Of a stretch of 64,000 nt of DNA, positions 37,686 to 51,774 are shown piece by piece. The stretch comes from Diadema antillarum (lineage: Eukaryota). Position 1 is the stretch's first letter. Every line of letters starts with the position of its first letter. The translations under genes were made by a program, and so were the position numbers. Where the stretch lies: the NCBI RefSeq assembly GCF_040938485.1, contig NW_027272251.1, positions 310,001 through 374,000 on the forward strand, given 5' to 3'. The notes beneath the pieces are model-generated. The model was not told the origin of the DNA. It did no database searches and saw only the letters and a program-made list of their open reading frames with translations.

Positions 37686-38816
37686 GACCCTGCATCCCAA
37701 AAACAAAACAAAAAGTAGCCAGCCATGGATTTTTAGTTAAAAGCAGATCTTGAAAGAACAGACTCTAAGCTTTAAAATCATGTATAACTCAATTCAAATG
37801 GACTCTCCTAAAATATCCTAATATTGGAAAGAAATCACTCACTCTGGAAAGTGTGAACTGAGTGAAGAGGCTCTGAAGTACGGGGTCTATTCAAGCGCTT
37901 AATCTTTAACAAGTTGTGCTAGTAGTGCGATGAATGGAACAAAAAAAAAAGAATAAGTTGAAATTAGGCATGCTTTATTAACACTTACTGTAGATGATTA
38001 TTGCCAACTTTCAAAGCAGTAGCATTAAACTTTCCAAAGTTATTAGAGTTGAAAGTGAAGAGTATGGACAGGGTTCTAACAAATCAAAAGAAGAATCTAA
38101 GACACACCCAATCACAGCAGCGTATCCTACCAAAATGTGTTCGAGAGAAACTGCTAAAAAATTTCCTGTTTGTTTGATGATCTCAAACTTTAGTATTAAT
38201 GTCAAAAAAGACTTGCTCTTTCAGAAAATATGGAAAAAATCAAGACTGGCCATAAGTTGACCCATTTCACCTATTTTCAGTTCTCACACAAAATCAATGC
38301 GTGCGACGTTTTGTTGGTTTTGTGATGCACGATCACAATATGGTTTTGTGCCAAGAAACTGTCGGTTAATTGGCAACAGAAAACATATAATTTTGTGATA
38401 TTTAGCAATCACAGTAGATCACATGACTTGAGCGGACATATGTAAGGATGTCCATGGTTGAGTACATAAGTTCCTAAGTTCCTAGGGTTTATGTAGGCTC
38501 AAAGTTAAATTGGAAGTATTATAAGAGAAGTTGAGAAAGTATCATAAAACATTGATATTTTGCTCACTTCGGCATATATAATTTTTTTTTAATTGTGTGA
38601 AAAGTTTTTTTCTAATGTTGTTCTCTCGGCCGTTCCTATTTCTCTTATTGGGATCTGGTACGCGCATGCACCAATGTCTTCAAAATAATATCATTCGAAT
38701 ACTAGTAATAGTTGCTGCATCTCCGATGGAAATAATGCTGAACAATGTTATTATGAAGTGGGTCTGATGACAATTCATTATATACGCAGTGTTGCCTTTT
38801 CAGCAGGGTGTTTTTG

Positions 38817-38852
<36 letters not shown>

Positions 38853-41822
38853 AAAACTATGAACAAAACCATACCATCCTGTTTCAGAGGCCTTTCCCCA
38901 TCAACAAGAGTTTTTCATAATTGCAGCACACGATCATCGGCTTCTGTTTATACGTCTTGCAAGTCATATCCCTACTGGAAAGAACACAGTGTCCCACAGT
39001 GTGTTCACACTGTGTTCACATGGTCGACTATGTAAAAACGCTCGATTTTCACAGTGTGAAGATGATTTCGCATTGTGGTGTGGTTTCACAGAGTGTTCAC
39101 ATAGTAATGCTGTTTCACACTGTGAATTGATGACTGACATTGTGTTCACACTGTTAAAACGCTCGAATTTAACAGTGTGAAGGGATTACACACTGTGGTC
39201 ACAATGTGTTCACACTGTGTTTCTCACACTGTGGAACACTGTGCTCTTTCATAAACAATGTCATACCGGTACAATTGTTTTCATTTACTGAATCAAAACT
39301 GTTGAACTCGCTACCCCTCCATGTTACGAGTGTCTCATCTGTGAATGGCTTCAAAAGCAGATTTTTAAAAACTACTTGTTATCAGCGCACTTGAAAAAAT
39401 GAATAAAACTTTCCAGAATTGTTTATCCAGGGTAGAAAAACACTTATTCATGCACATTATTGTTATGTTTGGGAAAGTCTGTGAATATGTATCTTTTTCC
39501 CCTCATTATTATCTTTTATTTCGTGTATGTGTGTGTGTGTGTGCTCATGTGTGTGTATGTATGTTATTATTGTATCAATTTTATTGAAACATGTACTGCT
39601 ATATCAGGGCATATTCCCACCAAAAAGTTACGTGTTTGTGTAACTTCTCATGTCATGTCATCCTTAGCTACTCACTATACACTACCTCACTGTATACATT
39701 TAGTAGTTGTCACTATTCCCATATGAATGCACCCCTGTATTTACTAGATAATGTGACTGAAATAACGTGTATCTGAATTAAATCTGAAATTGAAAATGAG
39801 ATTTATGGTCCTATGGTCCTATCTGTCATTGAACAATTACCAATGAATGCTTCAGTGAAATCTAAATGACTAAATGCACTTGCATCCCCTACGAAATCAG
39901 ACGTCACTATAACTGAATACACCATAAAGCTTTCTGTTTATCCAATTTTAATCTAAACTCATAAAGCGTTAGTGATTATGTAATGATATACGCTACGTGT
40001 AGTAATGACAGAATGAGGACTGGAATGATAGGATACGTTGTGTTTGCTGTTTCAACAATCAAGATGTCAAAATGCACTAAGGTCTACAACTCCTTTCCGA
40101 ATATATACAGTATATATATACGTACAAGATATACTTTAAAACGTACACGATTATAGCAAAATTCTCGTTTACGAAGTCACTTCTAGGCGCCATTGATAAA
40201 GAAAAACCGACTATTGATTGTAATGTGTTCCGCTAAACGAAATGCGCATTGCTTACGAAATTACGAGGGAGAAGGAACATTCACATAGTTTTTCTTCATG
40301 AGCTAAAACTTTAAAGTTTAGAGTATTTAAATATAAATTATAAATTTCGAACTATGATTGGTTCATATAAAGTGAGGAAGGGAGCGTCAAGGATACACAC
40401 GAGAAATCCTATAACATGTAACTCATGTAATCATATTACAGATGTATTGTAGAATTGACGGAATTGATGATGATTTTTGAATGTTAATGAAATTGCAGAA
40501 AGTTAATGTATTTGAAAAAATGGCATACAGAGAATAAATCAAATCAAATCAAATCAAATCAAGGGTGATATATTTAGAATATTCCGATGGATCGTTATTA
40601 AATCCGAGTATGAAACAGGGTTCGTTATTCCGAATATGAAATAGGGTTCGTCATTCCGAAACATATGAAAGCCGAGCCAGATGTTTGTTAATCCGACAAA
40701 GAAATGGGTTCGTTATAAAGAACATTTGTGGCGTTCTTCAGAACATTAAGTATTGGGAAGGTTTGTATGTCCGTTAATGAAATAAGGTTCGTTAATTCAG
40801 AACTCGAGGAGTAACAAACCTCTTCGGAATTAGACAACCCAATCTTGTTTTCGGATTAACAAACTTTCGGAATAACGAACCTTAATCCACTTTCAGATTT
40901 ACAAACCTTCAAAATTAACGAACCTTTCTTAATTGTTGGATTAGCGAACCTCCGGAATAACTGACCGTATTTCACATTTGCATTAACGAATCTTCCGATT
41001 AATGACCCTTATATCATTTTCGGATTAACCGCAAAATCAATAGGAGTTTAACTTAGTTTTGACCGTCATTCACATGAAAACAACATTTCAGCAGTATCAC
41101 TGATTCGATCGACAGAATCGCCACGTGTATGGCGCTTACAAAAATCCACTAATATATGACCATGACCCTAAAAGAGGCTGGAGCCTTGCAACAGCATTGC
41201 CAGAAAGAATATAAAGAATATAGGGTTCTAAATTTCACCATGATGCACGTCTATATTATAAGTTTGTGCTTTTTTTTGGGGGGGGGGGACCATCAAGAAC
41301 CAATCGAAAATAAACCCTCCAGGCTCTATCAATATTACAGACATAGACGCAAATGCGCTCAAGCATTACATATATCTTTTAAACATCTATTTTTTGACAA
41401 TGTAAAATACGAAAATAAAATACCACAGATTTAGCGATGGATGAAGTATTAAAAATGTATACATTAATGGGTGTTACGCATGTATTACTACATCACCAAC
41501 GCCCATACATGTCAAAAGACAACGTTTTTACACCTTTTTTATACGAGTGGGTATTGGCCATGTTTTCTACATTGTGGTTGATACCAGCGCCCGTAAATTA
41601 TAAAAAAGGCATACTGGTATAAAATGATGTCAAAATATGTTTCACAGAACCCCCATACATATACACATAGACACCCACATCAACACACAAGCGCGCGCGC
41701 AAACACACACATACTTGTATAAGTATGCATATAGGTATTATTGTAAATGATTATAAATTATATTCGTATATTATATGTATATATATATATTTATATGTAT
41801 ATATATTACATATAAATATATA

Positions 41823-42802
41823 CACTCAGCAAAGGAAGAAAGTTAACACTTTTTCCATTTGATATTTTTCATACAAGATTTAGATAAAAATCAATGTGTC
41901 ATATACCACATCAATGATTATCTAATTGGCTATCAACCTGGGTGGTAGGTTGATACAAAGGGAAATTTTACGCATGTGTGAACACATTCGTTCTTGTCCT
42001 CTAAGGCAGAACAATAGAAATTGCAGAATTGGACATATTTGAAGTCATTTGCAAATGTCCTCCCAGATAGCAATGATAGCAAAAGACCAATTTAACTCAA
42101 TGAGAGACATAAATGAAACAGCAGAAATAAGTTTCTGTTCCCTTGTTTCCGTTTATATTCAAAACAAGAACACAGTGCGGAAACTGAAGGTGAAACATAA
42201 GCATTTTCCATCAATTCAAACTTTAAGGGACTTAGAGAGTAAGCCATAAAGGTGATAAAATCGACAGAATTTCTTCATTTTACCTTTTAATTTAAGAATG
42301 CACGACACAAATTCAAGAACCAAATATTATTTCAAGTTTTCTTAATTTGGAATAACGTTTCAAATTTAACTTTCTTTATTACCATATCTTTTTTTCTCTT
42401 TTATCTTGTGACTGCGTATTTGACAGAAGATTCTTCATTTTCCTCCATTATTGTTTGCTTTTCGTTATCTTTGGAGGGTTACAGAGACATTGTTGAGATC
42501 ATAGGTTGATTTTTTTTTTAAATCAATTTGCATTTCTATTGTGTGGAATGTGTCTTTTGTCTCATTATTATATGGAAGAGCAAATACGCTTGAACAACAA
42601 CAACCTGCCCATTTTGCAATTTTTACTTTTGTGCCTTGGAAGAGAAAAACGAATGCGTTCACTCATGCGTAAAATTAACATTTCCATTGACCTACTAGGT
42701 TGATAGCTAATTAAATTACCTTTAACATACCATTTTTTAGCCAGATAGTCTATGAGAAAGATAAACTTGAAAAAGTGTTTACTTTTTTTTTTTTGCTGAG
42801 TG
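41823..42802. mobile_element. Tc1/mariner MITE, 980 bp, ~200-bp imperfect TIRs
   Basis: TA|CACTCAGCAAA...TTTGCTGAGTG|TA; arm similarity includes gctatcaacct..gtagg and ttttacgcatg.gtgaac.cattcgtt. Confidence 0.85.
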
Positions 42803-42819
42803 TATAGACATGTTATCAT

Positions 42820-42863
<44 letters not shown>

Positions 42864-44099
42864 TATTTAGGTAACATGAATTAACAAGTTGCTGTGTTAA
42901 CAGTTTGAACTATGACACAATGTATATCTCGCTGATAGTGGCTGCTATATCGTGTTGAAGTGGAATAAAACACAGGTCTCACATAAAACTTTTCTGCACT
43001 GGTCTGCTTTTTGCATTATCTGGATTATACAGGAATAACTTTGCCTTTTATGATCATAATGTTCGCAAATATATCACCGGGACCATTTCCCTCTAGTTGC
43101 AGTGAAAAGATTTCACTTTGATTAAAAAACAGAAAAACAAAAACAAAAAAGAAAATAAGTATTTCAAGATACCACTTCGGTTTTTTTAAGAACCTTACGT
43201 ATTCACGAACATTCCTCGTTCATCTACGAGATATCTTATGGGCAATTTCGAGCAAGCGTGTGCGTGTCATTGTAACATCAAAGCCATTGAAAGCAGAAAT
43301 TCGATGGTCGGAAGATAGAGTGAAAATCTGTACAAAGGCATGGTGTATAGCATTCAACGATGGCATTGACTCCCAGCTTTCTTTATTCTTCCTGTAGACT
43401 AGTGCAGGGTAATTAATTGAATGGAAATCCATTAGTGACATTTCCAAGGGGAAAAAAAAAGACCTTAACATTCAATATTGATCTCAGAATGTCTCCCTGT
43501 CTTTTGCTATTTCATGCCATGCACAAAAGAAAAATAAATTGACTAGCAGCGAAATTCTTTTGTGCTGTCAGTGTGAATTGAAACTTTGTTCGCATCAAAT
43601 GCATTTTCTTGGCTTCTCCGTAAGGATGCCTGTTGTTGATGTTGTTTTGCCAGTGCAAAACAAAATCAAGCGAAAAATTGCTATGCTTGAATCTCCCCTC
43701 CTATACCTATTGGTATACGTTAAAGAAGAGCAATAAATAATCATAAACGACGCTGGAAAGAGACCCAGCATAAAGAGAAATCATTTTGAAAAGGTACAGT
43801 AACTGTCTGTAAGGCAGTAACGTTGATACAACCATAAAGCTTTATTCATCGTTTGATTGCAATTTCAATTCTTAAAGTCAATGTCCTTTCTCAAAGCGCT
43901 ATGAGAGTGTAAAATCCTTACTTGCTATTTTGAAGGGACTGTTAATTCATTCATTGTTGGTCACCTAAAGAAGCGAAACTCGAAAGAGACGGAAGAGTAT
44001 ACACTGGAATGACAAAGGCACGCATAACAAATGCATGAGCTGAATCACGAAAAAAAATCAATAAAACAGATTTATATAGGTTTTGTTTTTGTTTTTGTT

Positions 44100-44355
44100 T
44101 AAATGTATGCCTGTTAATGAAATTTGTATTTTTATATTGTAAACTGACTGTTTCGGGCGCACCGGGTGGGTTGGAGAGGATGGCCTGAGGGCCCAAGTCA
44201 TTTAGTTGGCTCTTTCCAGACCCAGGCTGACCAACCTGGTGCTCACTTACCACTCCAATGTATGTTTTGATTTTGAAATATGTATTATGATATTTGTGAA
44301 TGAAAGCCGAATAAATAATAATAACAATAACAACAATAATAATAATAATAATAGA
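44100..44355 (+). mobile_element. Probable retroposon 3' end with AATAAA and (AAT/AAC)n tail
   Basis: Unique GC-richer segment ending 'gaataaataataataacaataacaac', not present in the unit 2-3 spacer. Confidence 0.4.
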
Positions 44356-45653
44356 AAATATATTCATATATATATGCCAGAAAACATAATCGTTCGCCGT
44401 CACTGTGGGTCTCAAACTATTTTCTCACTTACGCTGATACTATGCTCAGTAACAAGTACATTCAAGTTTAAAAATGCATAGTTATGTCAATGCAAAAGAT
44501 ATACTGGCACGTCGCGAATTATTATTAATGATATGCCAAAATAACATTTAAAAAAGAAAGAAATATCTTGCTCTTGTTCCTGTAAAACAAAAAAAAAGTG
44601 TCATCGCATTGGGGTGTGATTACGGAATGAGCGTTATTAGCCACTCTTGTACTTTTGTATGATTTACATTCGGCTAGGTTGACCCATTTCACTTATTTTC
44701 AGTCCTTTTGCAAAATCAGTGTGTGCGACTTTATGTTCGTTTTGAGGTGCACGGTCACATATGGAAATGAAAAGAAATGAAAAGAAATGAAAATGAAATG
44801 AAATGAAAATGAATTGAAATGAAAATGAAACTAAGCTACTAATAGAATTCAAGCCTCATAAATTATTCGCTTAAGAGTCTAGAACGTCTTCCTCTGCACC
44901 GCCTTGAATAATGCTGACTTAATTTCTGTAACTTCCAGGGTCGGAAGGATCCAAGAAAGGATCTTGATGGGCGGAGGAATGCAGTCATACCTTTAAAAAC
45001 ACATCGGTTTCTGATTCTTGAGACTTTTTAATATTGAATAGTACCTAACCTAGTGCTCGGATACTTATCAACAACTATTAACAAATTTTCAGACAAGTAC
45101 TATGGAGGTCAAAGATGGTTACATGGTCAGGTTTGCTAAAAACGAGCGTTGTAACCGAAGTTCGCAATCGCTTGGGTAGTCAGAAAGACACGCAGGTCAT
45201 AGTGCGTGCGTCCTTGGTTCTTGAACCTAAGAAATTTATTTGAAGTTCATCTTCTCTTCACGCCTATATATCGATCATATAATCGCTACTGATGTGTAAA
45301 AGAGACACAAACCGCGCCCACATTGTAGGAGGGGATACCATTTTTATTTACAGAGATAACAAATTTTGGTATAATGCTGCGCAGGGAGTTCTTTGCGCAG
45401 CTTGTTTTAATGCGCCTGCGTATTTCAGGTGTTATCTTTCCATGGTGGTAGTCGTAATGCGACGATAATGAATAGTGAGTTTGCAGAAGCCTGCTTTTTG
45501 TAGGAGTAAATACGACAAAGACATCTTTTCTCGGTGGGCTACAAATAGGCAGCTTCGGACAGGAATAATCCAAACTGAGACCGTGAGACATTTTCAACAT
45601 ATCGTTTTCGCCTAACTGGTAACTGTTACAGGGACCCTACTCCTACTTATATC

Positions 45654-46265
45654 GTAAGTTGCATTTTGTTCATTTAGGCATACAGCTTTTCTCCCTCTGT
45701 ATGTTCAGAGGTCATTAAAGTTCAAGTATATTTTGATGATCTAATCCCGGTATCTCGTCATTGTATATAGTACGCTATCATGTTTACAGTATTTAACATT
45801 CCATCTCCTAATCTTCCAACTTTCTCGCTTTAATCTCTCTGAGCAGATCGCAACTCTGTACCTGTCTTCTATTCTTATTTCCCATTGCACTTTGCTATTT
45901 TCTGTCATGTTTGGTGTGTGAATGTTTATAACGATCCGTTTATCTAAAGTTGTAGGCGTACATTGTTTCGCGAAATTAACAGGGCGTTATTCATTTGTCC
46001 TTATTTAAGTAAAGCATACATATATATTTCACAATACATGAATTATGAGTAGGGTTACTAGTTACAGAAGTTCATTACACAACTTGTGATCTATCAATCC
46101 GGATTTTTGTCTGAAGTAGTTCCTATATCGCAAAAAGATATCCTATAACAGCGAAATTCGATATAATAAGTATGAATTCTACACATTTTAAGAAATACGG
46201 CTTCTTCAGAAATTTAAAAAAAATGTTATTCATGATCTCTCTCTCACGGAATGTTTTTCTTTCAG
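45654..46265 (+). other. 5'UTR intron of GPCR-4
   Basis: GTAAGT donor; tttttctttcAG acceptor. Confidence 0.65.
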
Positions 46266-46304
46266 GAAAATATATTAAGATAGACGACCTAGTCTTCGCC
46301 AATC

Positions 46305-47504
46305 ATGTGGTCTTTGATTGTAGCCATGTGTGTCATTGTCCAAGGAGACCTATTACCGCCTATCGATGCATTTTCTGGTGAAACCACTACCTCGAATGGT
46401 CCAGCCGTAGACGTTGAAGGTGCAGGAACTTCAGGAATTCTCAGAAGCAATCTGTCATGGAGTTCCTTTGCAGAAACTGAAGAGACAAATCAATCTGGTT
46501 ATACACCAAAGCTCGACCCATTGCAGTGGACATGGGTGTTTGGGTGGACGTGGGTGAATGCCCTTGAGATGAGCTGTGCCTGTGTTGGGGTACTGGGAAA
46601 CCTGCTTGTTATACTCGCACTCCGGATGCAGGTAGGAACCATAAAACATTCGACCGACATCTTGATCGGAGCACTGGCAGTTTCTGATCTACTGACATCC
46701 ATTTCCATCATGCCTTTACCTCTTGCTGTAAGAGTGCCGCGGACGCCGCTTGGTTCGCTCTACTGTAAGTTTGCATACCCGCGTTACTTTGTGTGGGTCC
46801 CAGTCCACGTGTCCATTTACACTCTTGTAGGAATAGCTATCGAACGCACGATTGCTGTAGTGAGTCCACTACATTTCAGGTCCTATGTCACTACACGCAA
46901 AATCTACACTTACTTATGGAGTGTGTGTGTCCTGTCTTTTATATCCTGCCTCTATCCTGTTGAAATGAAAGTGGTCGACAACACCTGCAAGCTGCTGCAT
47001 GGACCCGAGTCCAGTAAAACGGTCGTGTTCTACCTGCTTATGATCAGGTTTGGCACACCTGTTACCATTATGATCGTAACGCAAGCAGCTACGGCGTGGT
47101 CACTCCATCGTCAATCACACCGCGTTCGCAAGGGGCTTTCTCAGGCTACTGGGGTATCGTCCACTCACATACGGGCTCGAAATCGTATCACCAGGTTGAC
47201 CTTCCTCATTGTCTTGACGTACATCCTGACCTTTGCTCCCCATCACGTGACTGCAGGGATATATGTCCTGCAAGGAAAGCTGTACTCGTACCTGCACAGT
47301 CCTCTTCACAGCGCTCTGTCTGTGCTGATTTGTGTCAACTCTTGCGCCAATCCTTTCATATACGCATCCCAGTACCCAAGGTTCCGGACCGCCATAAGAG
47401 ATGCTTTAAAATGCCAACGAGCTGACAATCAGAACCATCCGTTTTTCACTACGGAATCGAATACTTTTCAGCAGGAAAAAATACCACAAAGCAAAGAATG
47501 GTAA
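46305..47504 (+). CDS. Class A orphan GPCR copy 4 (399 aa)
   Basis: Intact 7TM ORF with the same motifs; 3' flank is unique. Confidence 0.95.
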   Translation: MWSLIVAMCVIVQGDLLPPIDAFSGETTTSNGPAVDVEGAGTSGILRSNLSWSSFAETEETNQSGYTPKLDPLQWTWVFGWTWVNALEMSCACVGVLGNLLVILALRMQVGTIKHSTDILIGALAVSDLLTSISIMPLPLAVRVPRTPLGSLYCKFAYPRYFVWVPVHVSIYTLVGIAIERTIAVVSPLHFRSYVTTRKIYTYLWSVCVLSFISCLYPVEMKVVDNTCKLLHGPESSKTVVFYLLMIRFGTPVTIMIVTQAATAWSLHRQSHRVRKGLSQATGVSSTHIRARNRITRLTFLIVLTYILTFAPHHVTAGIYVLQGKLYSYLHSPLHSALSVLICVNSCANPFIYASQYPRFRTAIRDALKCQRADNQNHPFFTTESNTFQQEKIPQSKEW

Positions 47505-48865
47505 AAGTCATTAAGAAGTGAAGCCGACGCCTAATGCGCTGTAATTACCTCCTACACCTTCATGCTTTTTACATAGACCTAGCATGCTTACTCTACGTAT
47601 ATATTTTGGAGCACAACAAAACATACCCTACTAAAAGTCAATACATGTCCACGAATAAACGAAAATTTATTAATAGAGTCATATTCAAGGTTAAACAGAA
47701 ATTATATTTATGATTCTATATGAAATTAGTGGACATGTTGATATTGTGCTCAAAAGGAGCTATGGCAAAATGCATTAGACGATGGCCAATAAATGCCTCA
47801 GAGAAATTGAAATAATCATGTATGTGACTGCATGTACCATGCATTCACCCCCAAGAAATTGGGCATCAGTATAACTGACTAGTATACTACAGAGTATAGT
47901 ATTCATCCAATGTATTTTTTTTTCTAAAATCATGAGGTATAGATTGTGTAATTATATAGGATATGTGTAGTTATGATATATTGGATAATGGGACTCGTTG
48001 GTTTCCTTTTCAAAAATGCATGACAATCTAGAGCCTGGAGGTTACAACTTCTTTACAATTCACCATGTTTATAGCCGATTGATGTTCTATTATTGATTAC
48101 TATTATGCAGACTGCAGGACCGTAGTTTTTCATCATTATGACGAAATTTCGTTGTAGTCCAACGGATTGTGTATACACATAATGTAGATGATGATTTTCG
48201 GACCTGAAGTTTTACTTCATGATTTCGGTATAATCATGTTTGTTTAAACGAGAGTAAACTGTAGCTGATTACAAACATCCATTTTGATGACGTGTATATG
48301 GATTGATAATTTACAAGCTAAATAACTTTTTTGGACACATAAGAAAAAAAAAAGACAAGAACGAAGTAACTAAGTATTAACACCTTCACTCCAGCAAATC
48401 TCACGTATCTAAGCCGAGCTTGAACCCAGAATATTTTTTCTCTGATGGCCCTTTCTGGTCACTAAAATCTTTAAATTTGAAATGTTGGTACCCCCCCCCC
48501 CCCCACCCCCACCCAAGAAAAAGGAAAAAAATGGAAATGTAGTAGCCCGAAATAAAATAAATTATAAAATTTCATTTTGAATTTTAGGTGATCTTTCTGG
48601 CCACCAAAATGAATTTCAAGTAGCCCCGGGCCATCGAGTTACCGCTGATGTTGAGCCCTACCTCAACCTTTTTAGGCAAAACGCAAATAGTATTAGCGCA
48701 AACTTTCAAGCATACTCCCACACACACAACGAACAACACAAAACTCTTAACTATGATAAGTCCTATCAGATATGACCCTAACTTTAAAGAGATGGTATAG
48801 TATTGGTTGAAATGACGAATCAGCTTTCGACTTTTTGCGAGATACTCAGAACCCATTTAATTAAA

Positions 48866-49185
48866 ATGTTAAAGAGCATGGTCGAAGTTTATTTGATGAA
48901 AGTCGGTTTTGAAATTACTGAGATATCCCAATACAAAGTAAAGCAAAATGACCCTACATAATAAAAGGTGGGTCCCACCTATTATTACGACCACTATGTT
49001 TTGGATATCTCACCCATTTAAAAAAAAGTAACAAATAAAAACATTTTCTATCCAATAAACTTTGAATTCCTCTCAGAATTATAGGCTCTTTCATATTTCA
49101 TAGGACTTTTCTCATTATCTTAAAAAATATTAACAAAAACATTGGAAACTTGAAGCACCATCTCAACCGAAACTCTACCAACCCT
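48866..49185. mobile_element. Truncated copy of the Kolobok-like palindromic MITE family
   Basis: Shares aaagtttatttgatgaaa, aaaggtgggtcccacc and catctcaacc..aact with the copies at 6102, 13837 and 26158. Confidence 0.55.
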
Positions 49186-49889
49186 AATCATATGAACGAA
49201 CGAATAGACAAACAAGCCTTAGAAACTCGTCGAGCACTGATCATCAGATTGGGATTTTCTGATGATATTGTAATTTTCATTTCAGACAAAATGTCAAATA
49301 TATTCAGCCGAATAGACTTTGTGTCTGTCAGTTATTTCTCCTCGAATATAAGCATCTGCGTGTTTATCAAAGTACTGCATGTGGTAATATATATTCATAT
49401 CCGTGTCCGCACATGTCTGTGCGTTTGTGTAAACGTTTATTAGCAAAGAAAAAAGTCCGAAATGCTGTAAGATGGGGAGATGAACGTCGGAGGAGAAATC
49501 TAGATGCAAACTTCTCCCCCTTGCCCCTTTTTCCACCGTCTTAGCTTTTTAAGCTTTTTATTTGATGCTCGTCATTCTGAAGTTTCGATAATCCGAAATC
49601 AATCCGAAACACACGCATTACACATACCTGGAGGTATGAAATCATGAAATTGAAATAAGATTATATAAGTTATTCCGAAGATTCGTTAATCCGAAGATGA
49701 AACAGGGTTTTGTTATTATAAAGGTTCGTTCGTTCGAAAATAAAACAAGGTTCGTTATTCCGCAGGATCGTTATCCGAATGAGAAAGGAAGAATATGGCT
49801 TATACTCCGAATTTCCGAATAAACGTTCGTTAATCAAAAAATGAAGTAAGGTTCGTTATTTTAAATTTTTATTTTAAATTTAAAAATTC

Positions 49890-51265
49890 ATTTTAAATGT
49901 AAAAAAGCTGATCTCCCAGAATATGAATTGTATATTGATGGTATATCTCTTGAAAGGAAAATATTTAATGAATTTCTCGGTGTGTATATAAATGAAAACC
50001 TAAAATGGGATGATCATGTAAAACACATCATTTTGCCTATATCCCGAAACGTTGGCATGTTAACTAAGCTTCAGTATTTTTTACCAACTCGTGTATTGTT
50101 TACCCTGAATAATGCCTTAATTTTACCATATATATCGTATTGCAACATTATCTGGGCAACCCACAAATGTAACACAGACCGTATACTTCTCCTACAGAAA
50201 AAAGCAATTCGAGTGTGCAGTCGAGCACGCTCTCGAGATCACACCGACCCATTGTTTTTCCAGCTTAAATCCCTTAAGATAAATGATATAAATTTTCTCC
50301 AAAAAGCTGTATTTATGTTTTGTCTCAAGTCAAACCTCTTGCCTCCAATATTTAACAGAATATTTCGGTCAAATTCAGAGATTCACTCTTATCCAACCAG
50401 ACAATCCACAAACTTACATTTATTTAACCCCAAAACCGCACTCGCGCATCATTCTATCAGACACTCCGGCCCTGACACTTGGAATTCCCTTCCCATCGAA
50501 ATTGAAAATATGACCACTATGTATTCATTTATGAAGGCTGTAAAACTTCACCTCCTTAAGCAGTATTCCCAGGATAACATTCTGATTCCTTTATTGTATC
50601 ATAATCAAATGTATATGAATATGTACGTGGTACATGATGCATGTATGTGTGCATACATATATCGATTTATTTATCTATCCACATTATGAATATGAATATA
50701 TATGTATGTATAGGATAGGTACATCATGTATATTTTATGAGCATGTATGTGTATGTGTACGATGTGCCTTACCATTACTGCGTACATAAAATAAGCACGA
50801 TATATTTCATTCCATATCAGATAACAATATTTATAGGATACTTTGTATACACACATTATTATTTTCATAGTGCATATTCGGTCATTACTCCGGCAAAGGC
50901 AACTGAACGTGTTAACTTTAATATCATTATCATATCGTATTTATCATCATTACTATTATTGTAAAGTAGTTGGAGTGGTACAAACACACTCTGTAACTTT
51001 CCCTTTCCCCCTACCCTTCCCTATTTTTCTCTTTCTCTATTCCCTATTCTATCCAGAGTAGGTAACCATATAGTCTCCATACCGTCAAGCCTCGGCTTAT
51101 TTTGGAGACCCTTCTGTTTAAGTTCCATAAACTGTTTGTATTTAAATGTCTTGTATAATTGTACTAAAAACTATGTGTCGATAAACTGTTTGTCATAAAT
51201 GACATGTACATAATCATATCTGATGTAACGGAATCAAGCAGAAATAAATCAAATCAAATCAAATA
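49890..51265 (+). mobile_element. 5'-truncated CR1/L2-clade (Crack-like) LINE: RT C-terminus plus 3'UTR
   Basis: ORF 49928-50689: FLGVYINENLKWDDHV, LILPYISYCNIIW, LQKKAIR, HSYPTRQ, GPDTWNSLP..FMKAVK; tail aataaatcaaatcaaatcaaa at about 51244-51265. Confidence 0.88.
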
Positions 51266-51353
51266 AACAAATTATTCTGAAGGTTCGATAATTGTATCTA
51301 CGTCATCTATGGCTCGATCATCCTGATGATGAAAGATGAGGGGAAAGGGTGCA

Positions 51354-51774
51354 CACTAAAAAATAAAGGTTTAAATTTGCACCCTATTATTTTGTCCCTA
51401 TACCAGCACCCTGGGGTGCACATTTGTACCTTTTATTATGCAAGTAGAGAATTAAATCTCTTGAAATTCATATTTGTATCTGCAAAGATGCGGACATATC
51501 CATTAGAGTGTAAGTTTGATCTTACGAATAAAACCTTGGTACCCGTGGTCCAAATGTTTAATTTACAATGTATTCATGTTTATGGTGCATGTTGGCACCC
51601 TTCATTAGTACAAAACTGAGGGTGCAAATTTGCACCCCTGCAGGTTCAAAATTCAGCGTGTTGCACCTATAACGGTGCCAGTTGCTTATTGCGGTGGATA
51701 GTTCTACCCATTAGGGTGGTTGTATTTATAGGGACAATTTGGGTGTTCAAATTTGAGCCGTATTTCTTAGTATG
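51354..51774. mobile_element. MITE with imperfect TIRs (CACTAAAAAATAAAGG..AAATTTGCACCC)
   Basis: Right end reverse complement is catactaagaaatacggctcaaatttgaacaccc; internal gggtgca/tgcaccc palindromes. Confidence 0.55.

Larger units (their letters stand above)
11150..47530 (+). repeat. Tandem segmental duplication array, four GPCR-containing units
   Basis: Non-coding blocks recur once per unit, e.g. 'gaaattcgatggtc(a/g)gaagatag' at about 11380, 23720, 33030 and 43300, and 'gttgtaaccgaagttcgcaat' at about 12760, 25470, 34825 and 45148. Confidence 0.9.

Noticed and set aside
49928-50689. 253-aa ORF as a host gene
   Set aside because: It is the C-terminal part of a LINE ORF2, lacking the endonuclease and core RT; a truncated retroelement.
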